From: an uncultured delta proteobacterium
Lineage (GTDB): Bacteria > Myxococcota > Myxococcia > Myxococcales > Myxococcaceae
NCBI GenBank assembly: GCA_963776345.1
Contig: CAVZMH010000019.1
Coordinates: 256,001 to 320,000, forward strand
Reading direction: 5' to 3'
DNA: 64,000 bases
Shown in pieces: positions 55,743-64,000 of the stretch (positions are counted from its first letter, which is position 1; each line of letters begins with the position of its first letter). Position numbers and translations under genes: made by a program. The notes beneath the pieces are model-generated. The model made no database searches and was not told the DNA's origin. It saw only the letters and a list, made by a program, of their open reading frames with translations.

Positions 55743-57029
55743 TCACCCGGCAGCGTGGTCCAGCAGCCAGCAGCGGAGCGCGACGGGGTCGGCCGCCAGC
55801 GGCTCGGAACGTGACGGCCGGGCGAGCAGCTCGGCCAGGGCGGGCGGGACCGAGACCGGATGTCCGACCAGCGGCTCGACGATGCCCTCGAACTTGGCCG
55901 GATGCGCCGTCGCCGCCACGGCCCATTGCCCGCTCGCGCCCTCGGCCCGGAGCTGCTCCAGGACGCGCACCCCGGCGGCGGTGTGCGGACAGAAGACCCG
56001 CCCGTGCCGACGCTCGCCCTCCTGGATGGTCCGGGAGATGTCCGCATCCGCCACCGCCCGCGCCCGCGAGGCGGGTCCGGAGCACCTCCAGGTCGGGGAA
56101 CGTCCAGACCAGCCGCTCGAAGTTGCTCGGGTCCCCGACGTCCATCGCATTCGCCAGCGTGGCCACGCTCGGCCGGCCGCGGTAGACGCCGAGCTCGAAG
56201 AACTCGACCAGCGTCCGGTTGGCGTTCGTCGCCAGGACGATGTCCCCGATCGGCGCGCCCAGCTCGCGCGCCCACACCGCGGCCAGCGCGTTGCCCAGGT
56301 TCCCGGTCGGGACCACGAGGTTGAGCGTCCCCGGTGCTCCAGGCCGCCTGCGCGTGGTACGCGAGCTGCGGCAGGAGCCGGCCGAGGCTGATGCTGTTCG
56401 CCGAGGTGAGCCGGAGCGAGGCGAGCGCCGGGTCGGCGAAGGCGGCCTTGACCATCTGCTGGCAGTCGTCGAACGCGCCCGCCACCCGGAGCGCCGTCAC
56501 GTTGTCACCGAACGTGCCGAGCTGGTGCGCCTGGCGGGGCGAGACCCGGCCCTCGGGGTAGAGCAGCACCACCCGGACGCCGGCCATCCGGTGGAAGGCC
56601 GCGGCGACCGCGCCGCCGGTGTCGCCCGACGTCGCGACCAGCACCGTTCGCGTTCCGGCGCCGGCCGGATGGAGCCGCGCGCACGCAGGCGGCGAGGAAC
56701 CGCGCCCCGAAGTCCTTGAAGGCCGCGGTCGGCCCATGGAACAGCTCGACCACGAAGTCGCCCGGGCCGCGCAGCGGCACCAGCGGGGCAGGGAAGGTGA
56801 AGGCCTCGGCCACCATCGTCGGGAGCTCGGGCGCGAGCCGATCGCCGGCGAAGAACGGCGCGAGCACCGCCACCGCCGCGTCGGCGAGCGCACCCCCGCC
56901 CGGCGCTCGCACCTCGCCGCGGGGGAGCCGCGCCGGGACGAACAGTCCGCCATCCGGCGCCGTGCCCCGGAGCAGCGCGTCCGCCAGCGGCAGGTCCGCC
57001 ACCCCGCCGCGGGTGCTCCCGACGTTCAC
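55743..57029 (-). CDS. thrC: Threonine synthase; three net +1 frameshifts (~56680, ~56335, ~56070)
   Basis: APDGGLF and ELFHGPT.AFKDFG; ATSGDTG and SANSIS.GRL; VPTGNLGN and NAMDVGDPSN.ER; CPHTA and TAHPAKF. These motif groups lie in four successive frame segments. Confidence 0.88.
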
Positions 57030-57952
57030 CCCACCACCCTCGCCGCCGGCGCGGCGACGGGCGAGATCCACACGTCGCAGTCGATGAACGCCGACCGGAA
57101 GGCCTGCTCCATGGCCGCGGCGATCCGCTCCGCCCGGTCCTTGGTGCACCAGGCGAAGACGCTCGGGCCGCCGCCGGAGATGCTCGCCCCGAGCGCGCCC
57201 TCCTCGAGCGCGGCGGCCTTCACCGGCCCGAAGCCGCCGACCAGCGGCGCCCGCAGCGGCTCCACCAGCACGTCGCGCAGCCCGGCGCGGATGCAGTCGA
57301 GGTCGTTGCGGTAGCACCCGGCGAGCACCAGGGCGAGGTTCGCGCTCTGCTCCACGAACTGGGGCAGCTCGAACGGCAGCCTCAGGACGGCCCGCGCGGT
57401 CTTGGTCTCCAGGATCTGGTGGGGATGCACCAGCACGCAGGTCAGGCCATCCGGCACGGGGATCGGGACCAGCCGGTGGTGCGTGGCCAGCGCCAGCCCT
57501 CCGAGCAGCATCGGGCCCACGTTGTCGCCGTGCTCCGCGCCGCTCGCCGCCGACTCGCCGATCATCGCGCACTGGTACAGGACGTCCATCGGCGCCGGCC
57601 GCTCGAGCACCGCGTTCGCCGCGACCAGGGCCGCGACGCACGAGGCCGCCGAGCCCCCCATCCCCGAGCCGAGCGGGATCCCCTTCTCGATCGTCACCTC
57701 GAAGCCGTGGGTGAGCCCCAGCCGTCCGCGGAGCGCGAGCAGCGCCCGGCCCGCGGTGTTCTTCTCGGCGTCCATCGGCAGTCCGACCACCACACCCCCG
57801 ATGGCGGCGATTCGCACCTCGGGTGCATCGATGCGCTGGACGGTCACCCGGTCCGACGGACCGACGATGGCATGGCCGAGGATGTCGAAGCCCACGCCGA
57901 CGTTGCCCACCGAGGCGGGAGCGGCGGCGGTGGCCCGCAGAGAGCGTTCCAT
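57026..57952 (-). CDS. thrB: Homoserine kinase
   Basis: PASVGNVGVGFD, IPLGSGMGGSAAS (GHMP motif), HGDNV and ISGGGPS. ATG at 57952. Confidence 0.94.
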   Translation of the reverse strand: MERSLRATAAAPASVGNVGVGFDILGHAIVGPSDRVTVQRIDAPEVRIAAIGGVVVGLPMDAEKNTAGRALLALRGRLGLTHGFEVTIEKGIPLGSGMGGSAASCVAALVAANAVLERPAPMDVLYQCAMIGESAASGAEHGDNVGPMLLGGLALATHHRLVPIPVPDGLTCVLVHPHQILETKTARAVLRLPFELPQFVEQSANLALVLAGCYRNDLDCIRAGLRDVLVEPLRAPLVGGFGPVKAAALEEGALGASISGGGPSVFAWCTKDRAERIAAAMEQAFRSAFIDCDVWISPVAAPAARVVG

Positions 57953-58004
57953 TCCCCGGAGCCTAGTGCGCGAGGGCGTGACGGGTCTGCTACCCTTGGG
58001 AGCA

Positions 58005-59045
58005 ATGCACAGCGAGCAGGCCCTCCGGGACCAGGTGGCGCTCGCCACCGGTCGTCCGCAGGACGGGGCCCCGGTCCTCCAGCTGAAGGGTGACGCGAGC
58101 AACCGCTCCTACCTCCGTGTCGGGCGCTGGCCGGACAGCCACGTGGTGATGGTGATGCCACCCGGTCCCCAGAGGAGCGAGGAGGCCAGCAAGGGCGGGC
58201 CTCCGGACGAGCTCCCCTTCCTCAACGTGCAGCGTTACCTCGAGGGCCTCGGGGTCCGTGTCCCGCGCATCCTCCGGTACGACCCCGCCGTGGCGATGAT
58301 GGTCCTCGAGGACCTCGGCAACGTCACCTTCGAGCGGGCGCTGGAGGGGATCTCGCGCGAGGCGCTCTACGGCCGCGCGGTAGATCTCCTGGCCCGGATG
58401 CGCGCCGCGGCCGAGGCGCGGCCCGACCCGCGCTGCCTCGCCTTCACCCGGGCCTTCGACGAGGAGCTCTACACCTGGGAGCTCCACCACTTTCGCGAGT
58501 ACGGCCTCGAGGCCTGGAGCGGACGGGTGCCCACCACGGCCGAGCGCGCGCAGCTCGAGCGCGCCTTCGCCGGGATCGCCGGACGCCTCGCCGCGGCGTC
58601 TCGGGGCTTCACCCACCGCGACTACCAGAGCCGGAACCTCATGGTGACCGGCGGCGAGCTGGTGGTCATCGACTTCCAGGACGCGCTCCAGGGCCCGTGG
58701 CAGTACGACCTGGTCGCCCTCCTGCGCGACAGCTACGTCGAGCTCGCGCCGGAGCTGGTGGAGGCGATGATCGACCGCTGGCTCGCCGAGTACGCGCGCG
58801 CCTCGGGCCGCACGCTCCAGCGGCCAGAGTTCAGGCGCTTCTTCGATCTGCTCACCGTGCAGCGCAAGCTGAAGGACGCGGCGCGGTTCGAGTTCATCCA
58901 CCGGGTGAAGAAGAATCCGGGTTTCCTCCCCTCGATCCCCGCCTCGCTCCGCTACGCCCGCGCGGCGATGGAGCGGCTGTCCGACGACCCGGACGTGGTC
59001 GCGCTCCGCGAGGTGGCCGTGCGCTACGTCCCCGAGCTGCGCTGA
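58005..59045 (+). CDS. amgK: Anomeric MurNAc/GlcNAc kinase AmgK-like (APH family)
   Basis: GDASNRSY.R, LEDLG, HRDYQSRNLM, IDFQDA..GP..YDL..LL.D and QRKLK motifs; coupled to a nucleotidyltransferase. Confidence 0.85.
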   Translation: MHSEQALRDQVALATGRPQDGAPVLQLKGDASNRSYLRVGRWPDSHVVMVMPPGPQRSEEASKGGPPDELPFLNVQRYLEGLGVRVPRILRYDPAVAMMVLEDLGNVTFERALEGISREALYGRAVDLLARMRAAAEARPDPRCLAFTRAFDEELYTWELHHFREYGLEAWSGRVPTTAERAQLERAFAGIAGRLAAASRGFTHRDYQSRNLMVTGGELVVIDFQDALQGPWQYDLVALLRDSYVELAPELVEAMIDRWLAEYARASGRTLQRPEFRRFFDLLTVQRKLKDAARFEFIHRVKKNPGFLPSIPASLRYARAAMERLSDDPDVVALREVAVRYVPELR

Positions 59046-60019
59046 TGCCGCCGGGCTCCAGAGCCTTGGTCCTCGCCGCGGGATTGGGCACGCGCCTCCG
59101 CCCGCTGACCGAGGCGTTCCCCAAGCCGGCGGTGCCGTTTCTCGGCGCCCCGTTGCTCCGCCGGACGTTCGCCGTGCTGGCGAGGGGCGGCGTGGACCGC
59201 GTCGCGCTCAACACTCACCACCTCCCGGAGGCGATGGCGCAGGTCGCGCGCGAGGAGGGCGCCCGGCGCGGGCTCGCCGTCGTCACGGTCCACGAGCCGG
59301 TCATCCAGGGCACCGGCGGGGGGCTGCGGGGCCTCGCCCGGGCGCTCCCGGGAGACGACGTGGTCGTGGCCTGGAACGGCGACATCCTCTTCGCCCCGGA
59401 CCTCGGGCGGCTGCTCGAGGTGCATCGGGCCTCGGGCGCGGCAGCGACGATGGTGCTCTTGCCCATGCCCCCCGGCCGGAGCTACGGCGTGGTGGAGATC
59501 GACGGAGCGGGGAGGGTGCGGCGCATCGGCCGGGCGGCCGCGGCGCCGCTGCCCGGCTGCACGCCGTGGCACTTCAGCGGCGTACATCTCATATCGCCGC
59601 GGGTGTTCGAGGTGATGGCTCCCGCGGGGCCCGAGGACATCAACCACGACGTCTACCCGCGGCTCTTCGCGTCGGGCGCGGTGCGCGGCGTGGTCGTCGA
59701 CGCGGCCTGGTCCGACCTGGGCTCCCCGGCGACGTACCTCGAGGCGCAGGCCGACCTCCTGCTCGGCCGCGTGCCGGATCCGCTCGGGCCGGAGTCGCCG
59801 CTCGCCGGACGGACCGGGATCGAGGCGCTGGTGGAGAAGGGCGCCCGGGTCCACCCGTCGGCCGAGCTCTCGCCGGACGTCTTCGTCGCCAGCGGCGTCG
59901 AGGTGCCCGCCGGCGCGCGCATCCGACGGAGCGCGCTGCTCGCGGGAGCCGTGGTGCGTCCGGACGAGGCCGTGAAGAACCAGATCCGCTGGTCCGGCGG
60001 AACGCTCCAGGCGGGCTGA
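59045..60019 (+). CDS. murU: Nucleotidyltransferase (MurU-like) with short C-terminal beta-helix
   Basis: LAAGLGTRLRPLT...PKP, GTGGG, NGD and WSDLG motifs; TGATG overlap with amgK. Confidence 0.75.
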   Translation: MPPGSRALVLAAGLGTRLRPLTEAFPKPAVPFLGAPLLRRTFAVLARGGVDRVALNTHHLPEAMAQVAREEGARRGLAVVTVHEPVIQGTGGGLRGLARALPGDDVVVAWNGDILFAPDLGRLLEVHRASGAAATMVLLPMPPGRSYGVVEIDGAGRVRRIGRAAAAPLPGCTPWHFSGVHLISPRVFEVMAPAGPEDINHDVYPRLFASGAVRGVVVDAAWSDLGSPATYLEAQADLLLGRVPDPLGPESPLAGRTGIEALVEKGARVHPSAELSPDVFVASGVEVPAGARIRRSALLAGAVVRPDEAVKNQIRWSGGTLQAG

Positions 60020-60199
60020 GGCGGGAACAGGGGCGCAGCCCCTCGAGCTCCCAACTGCTCGCGACGTGGGGCGCTGCCGCCCACTCGGCGCCCCTCCGGC
60101 TCCATTCACCGGCCCCGATGACCGCTCGCCGGTCCGTCTTGCGCACGGCGTCCGCCTCCGCTTCGATCGCCGAGGACTCAGGGAAGGGGAGATGCGCTC

Positions 60200-60682
60200 A
60201 TGCAGATGCCCACGCCGACCGAGGAGCACCGGAAGCTCCACCGCCTCGCAGGGAGCTGGACCGGGGAGGAGACGCTCCAGCCGTCCCCGTGGGGTCCGGG
60301 CGGTCCAGCCGTCGGACGGATCGCCGCGCAGGTCGCGCTGGACGGCCTGTTCGTCGTCTCCGACTACGTGGAGGAGAAGGACGGGAAGGTCGTGTTCCGG
60401 GGACACTCGGTCTTCGGCTGGGACCCGTCCTCGAAGTCCGTCACCTGGTACTGGTTCGACACGATGGGAGCGAATCCCCCTTCGCCGGCTCGCGGCACGT
60501 GGGATGGAGACACCCTGGCTCTCGCCGTCACCACCCCGGGCGCCGAGGGTCGGTACACCTACCGCTTCCACGGAAGCGATCGCTACGAGTTCAAGATCGA
60601 GAGCTCGTTCGACGGCGGGAAGACCTGGGTGAAGTTCATGGAGGGCACGTACCGGCGCGCCGGGAGTGGGTCGTCCGCGTGA
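60200..60682 (+). CDS. DUF1579-like protein
   Basis: MPTPTEEH.KL..LAG.W.G...G.D......WFDTMG pattern. Confidence 0.8.
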   Translation: MQMPTPTEEHRKLHRLAGSWTGEETLQPSPWGPGGPAVGRIAAQVALDGLFVVSDYVEEKDGKVVFRGHSVFGWDPSSKSVTWYWFDTMGANPPSPARGTWDGDTLALAVTTPGAEGRYTYRFHGSDRYEFKIESSFDGGKTWVKFMEGTYRRAGSGSSA

Positions 60683-60761
60683 CGCAGGGGTGACGTTCCC
60701 GGCGCTTCGACCTCGACGAGTTGCGGTCGTCGGCCTTCGCGCCCATGGTGGTGCGACCGCC

Positions 60762-61602
60762 TTGATTCGCCTCGCCCACCTCAGCGACCTGCACCACCAG
60801 ATCGACTGGCGGCGGCGCTCCCTCTGGAGCTCGGGCTGGCGCGGCGCCCCCGGGCGCTTCGAGCTCCACGCGCTCGGCCGGCTCCGCCGCTTCGCCGGGG
60901 TGGAGCAACGCATCGCCCGCCTGGTGGACCAGGTGCTCCGCCTCGCGCCGGACCGGGTCCTCCTCACCGGCGACCTGACCGCGCTCGGCGACGAGGCCGA
61001 GCTGCGCCACGCCAGGGCGCTGCTCGAGCCGTTCATCGCCGCCGGCTTGCTGGTGGTCATCCCCGGCAACCACGACCGCTACACCGACGCGCGCTCGCCG
61101 GCGTTCGAGCGCGTGTTCGCGGACCTCCTGACCAGCGACCTCCCCGGGCTCGCCGACGCACGGGGCTACCCGTTCGTGAAGCTGGTGGGCGACCGCCACG
61201 CCCTGGTGGGCCTGGACAGCACGCGGGTCCAGGGCTGGGGCCACTACCTGCTCGGGCGGCTCGGGGCGAGGCAGCTCCGGGCGCTGGCCCGCGTGCTCGA
61301 GCACCCCGCGCTGGAGCGCCGCACCCTCCTCCTCCTCGCCCACCACGGACCGGCCGGCCCGTCCGGCGTCATTCGACTGGGGCGAGTCAGGGCTGGTCGA
61401 CGCCGCGGCGCTGCTCCGGACCGTCCGGCACCGCCCGGTGGTGCTCCTCCACGGACACTCGCACCAGCGCTACTGGCACCGCGCCAGGGCCGGGCGGCCG
61501 CACCTCATCGCCGGCGGCAGCTCGACCGAGCGCGCGGGCTTCTGGGAGGTCCAGGTGGACGATCACTGCGCGCTGGAGGCGGTGGCCCACCCGCTCCGCT
61601 GA
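60762..61602 (+). CDS. Calcineurin-like metallophosphoesterase; net +1 frameshift near 61370
   Basis: HLSDLH, TGDLT, PGNHD and HH in the first frame. LLHGHSH is in the +1 frame, which ends at TGA 61600-61602. Confidence 0.85.
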
Positions 61603-62240
61603 CGGCCGCGCAGCTCGGGGATCCAGAAGAACACCATGGCGATCGCCAGCGCCAGGAAGAGGCCGGCGAAGATGTCCACCAGGTAGTGCTGCTTGGTGGT
61701 GAGCGTGGATGCCGCCACCGCCGTGGCCCAGAGCAGGAAACCGCCGAACACCGCTGGCCGGTGCCGCCAGAGCGCGAACGCCGCCAGGTACGAGCCGGCC
61801 ACGTGCATGCTGGGCAGGCAGCTGGTGGCCGCGTCCACCCCGCGGAGGCTCGCCAGGGCGCGCGCGCTCGCGCCGCCGCCGGCGATCGGGAACCACTCGC
61901 GGGGGAACACCGTCGGCCAGAGGAGGTGGACGAATGCCCCCACCACCAGGAGCGCGAAGTACGTCTTCACGTACCGCCTCACCTCCGGCCAGCCCATCTG
62001 GAGCATGAAGGCCGCCGCCACCAGCAGGTAGTCCGAGAAGTAGATCCATACCGTCCCGGGGAGGAAGGGGACCGCGGCGTCGGCGGCCGTCCACCAGAGC
62101 TGGCGCGGCGGGAACAGCTGGAGGTGGTTGGGGACCAGGTAGAGCACCGCGTTCATCAAAGTGGCCCCGAGCGCGATGAGCAGCTTCTGCCCCGCGCTGG
62201 GCGGCGGTGAACGCCGGTGGGAGGAGAAGACGTCCGTCAC
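61563..62240 (-). CDS. PAP2-family membrane phosphatase
   Basis: CLPSMHV and STLTTKQHY..DI motifs with multiple TM segments. Confidence 0.88.
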   Translation of the reverse strand: MTDVFSSHRRSPPPSAGQKLLIALGATLMNAVLYLVPNHLQLFPPRQLWWTAADAAVPFLPGTVWIYFSDYLLVAAAFMLQMGWPEVRRYVKTYFALLVVGAFVHLLWPTVFPREWFPIAGGGASARALASLRGVDAATSCLPSMHVAGSYLAAFALWRHRPAVFGGFLLWATAVAASTLTTKQHYLVDIFAGLFLALAIAMVFFWIPELRGRQRSGWATASSAQ

Positions 62241-63001
62241 TCGAGCCGGCAGCGGGCGAGGATGCAGGTGACGTTGTCGTTCCCACCGGCGGCGTTGGCC
62301 CGCTCGATGAGCCGGGTGCAGGCCTCCTCGAGGTCGGCGGTCTCGCGGAGCAGCTGCTCCATCTCCGCGTCGCTCACCATCCCCGAGAGCCCGTCGGAGC
62401 AGAGCAGGAACACGTCGCCGTCGATGGGCTCGAACCGCCCCACGTCCACCTGCACCGTGTCCTTCATCCCCAGCGCGCGGACGATGACGTTCTTGTGAGG
62501 GAAGGCGTCGATCTCTTCCGGCGAGAGCTTCTTCGCCTTCAGGTAGTCGTTGAGCAGCGAGTGGTCCTCGGTGACCTGCTCCAGCTTCCCGTCCCGGAAG
62601 CGGTACACCCGGCTGTCCCCCACGTGACCGACGTAGACGGAGCTCTCGGCGATGTGCACCGTGGCGATGGTGGTCCCCATCCCCCGGTAGTTCGGGTCCC
62701 CGCTCGCCGCCTCGTAGATCCGGGCGTTGGCCAGCTTGATCCCGGTGGCCAGCCGGTTCTCGTCGTAGTTCCGCGTCTTGTCCATCTTGAACGGCCAGGT
62801 CACGTCCGAGTCGGTCGAGGTGAGGCGGAAGAACTCGGCCAGCTCGTCGATGGCGATGCGGCTGGCGATCTCGCCGGCGAAGTGGCCGCCCATCCCGTCG
62901 GCGACGCAGTAGAGCCGCTGATCGGGCATCACGAGGAAGCTGTCCTCGTTGATGTTGCGCTTCATGCCGACGTGGCTCTTGCCTGCGACCTCGATGCGCA
63001 T
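62237..63001 (-). CDS. PP2C-type Ser/Thr phosphatase (Stp1/Pph1-like)
   Basis: R..NED, VADGMGGH, GMGTT, HVGDSR, DHS, CSDGL and GGNDNVT motifs. ATG at 63001. Confidence 0.95.
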   Translation of the reverse strand: MRIEVAGKSHVGMKRNINEDSFLVMPDQRLYCVADGMGGHFAGEIASRIAIDELAEFFRLTSTDSDVTWPFKMDKTRNYDENRLATGIKLANARIYEAASGDPNYRGMGTTIATVHIAESSVYVGHVGDSRVYRFRDGKLEQVTEDHSLLNDYLKAKKLSPEEIDAFPHKNVIVRALGMKDTVQVDVGRFEPIDGDVFLLCSDGLSGMVSDAEMEQLLRETADLEEACTRLIERANAAGGNDNVTCILARCRLE

Positions 63002-63063
63002 CCCGGAGTCGGGGAACGCTAGCAAAGCCCCGAGCGATGGATCAAAGACTCCCCGAACGACGC

Positions 63064-63543
63064 ATGGCGCTGCTCCGCTCCCCCTCTCCTCCGCTGCACG
63101 TGGTCCTGGTCTCGCCACGCATCCCGCCCAACACCGGGAACGTGGCCCGCCTGTGCGCGGTGACCGGCTGCCGGCTCGAGCTGGTCGAGCCGCTCGGCTT
63201 CTCCATCGCCGACCGGGACCTCAGGCGGGCCGGGCTCGACTACTGGGACAAGGTGTTCCTCGCGCTGCACGCCGACTGGGAGGCATACCTCGCGGCGAGC
63301 GCGGGCGTCCGGCGCTGGCTCTTCACCGGCCACGCCGCGCTGACGCACTGGGACGCGCCCTTCACTCCGGGTGACCACCTGGTGTTCGGGTCGGAGCCGG
63401 GGGGCCTGCCGCCCTACATCCTGGAGGGAGGTGAGGGCACCCCGGTGGCCATCCCCATGGCGCCGGGCGTTCGCTCCCTCAACCTCTCCACCGCGGCGGG
63501 CATCGGGGTCTACGAAGCCCTCCGGCGGATCCGGCTAGAGTAG
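63064..63543 (+). CDS. trmL: tRNA (cytidine/uridine-34 2'-O) methyltransferase TrmL
   Basis: PRIPPNTGNVAR, RAGLDYW, FGSE..GLP and RSLNLS motifs. Confidence 0.93.
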   Translation: MALLRSPSPPLHVVLVSPRIPPNTGNVARLCAVTGCRLELVEPLGFSIADRDLRRAGLDYWDKVFLALHADWEAYLAASAGVRRWLFTGHAALTHWDAPFTPGDHLVFGSEPGGLPPYILEGGEGTPVAIPMAPGVRSLNLSTAAGIGVYEALRRIRLE

Positions 63544-63556
63544 GGGGTCCCCACCG

Positions 63557-64000
63557 ATGGCTCGCCCCTCCCTCCCGCCCGCGGCCGAGGCGCTCTTCCG
63601 CGCGCAGCAGGACAAGAGCACCGGCTGGCTCACGCTCCTGTGCCGCGGACGCGAGGCCAAGCTCTATCTGCAGCACGGAGACCTGGTGGGTACACGGCTC
63701 GGGTTCGGCCATCAGACCGATGCCCAGGCGCTGCTCGCCGCGGGCGCCCTCGTCCCCCCGGCGCTCGACCTCCTCTGGTCGCGCGGGCAGCTCGGGGATC
63801 CGGCGCGGGTCTGCGAGGCCGCCGGGGTCGACCCGACGTCGGTCTCCGAGGCGCGGGCCCTGGCCTCGGTTCGCCGGGTGGCGACGCTCGCCGAGGAGGC
63901 GAGCTTCATGCCCGCGCTGGTCGAGGTGACCTTCCCCCGCGTCCGTGGCGCCCGGGCGGTCCGCGCCGCCTTCGAGGCGTTGCCGCCGGTGCCCGCGACC
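63557..64000 (+). CDS. Partial CDS with DUF4388/PATAN-like N-terminus (runs off window)
   Basis: ATG at 63557 (MARPSLPP...KSTGWLTL...AKLYLQHGDLV), open to the window end. Confidence 0.55.
   Translation, partial: MARPSLPPAAEALFRAQQDKSTGWLTLLCRGREAKLYLQHGDLVGTRLGFGHQTDAQALLAAGALVPPALDLLWSRGQLGDPARVCEAAGVDPTSVSEARALASVRRVATLAEEASFMPALVEVTFPRVRGARAVRAAFEALPPVPAT

Noticed and set aside
55743..57029. thrC (and accC, hisN) as true pseudogenes or programmed frameshifts
   Set aside because: All shifts are net +1, motifs are intact and no slippery heptamers are visible. Sequence error is more parsimonious, pending read checks.

Overview
Very GC-rich core-genome segment, most consistent with a myxobacterium (Myxococcota), inferred from the REC-XRE DigR-like regulator, Pph1-like phosphatase, PilZ/FHA proteins and gene order. 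It contains: (i) a complete dcw cluster (mraZ-STAS-rsmH-ftsL-ftsI-murE-murF-mraY-murD-ftsW-murG-murC ... murB-ddl-ftsQ-ftsA-ftsZ), interrupted between murC and murB by a ~3.1 kb accessory block; (ii) biotin carboxylase/BCCP/enoyl-CoA hydratase, digR-like, FHA-TPR, ArnT-like, ABC and SPFH genes; (iii) epmA-plsC-ppa, glycerate kinase, two rRNA methyltransferases, UdgX, CHAD, AKR and a cystathionine gamma-lyase/synthase; (iv) a nine-gene his operon preceded by an unannotated 28-codon leader peptide with 10 His and mutually exclusive RNA helices; (v) thrB-thrC-CBS, amgK-murU, phosphatases and trmL. I found no rRNA, tRNA, CRISPR array or transposase. The best leads are the His-leader attenuator lacking a U-tract, a ~60-nt motif shared upstream of ftsQ and ftsZ, a STAS protein without the usual phospho-Ser inside the dcw operon, an 18-bp terminal-inverted-repeat element, a repeat-rich region after hisIE and a hidden Cys-rich lipoprotein. 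Seven frameshifts (probably eight) are all net +1, which suggests sequencing/assembly insertion errors rather than pseudogenes. All calls come from motif recognition by eye; no searches were run.
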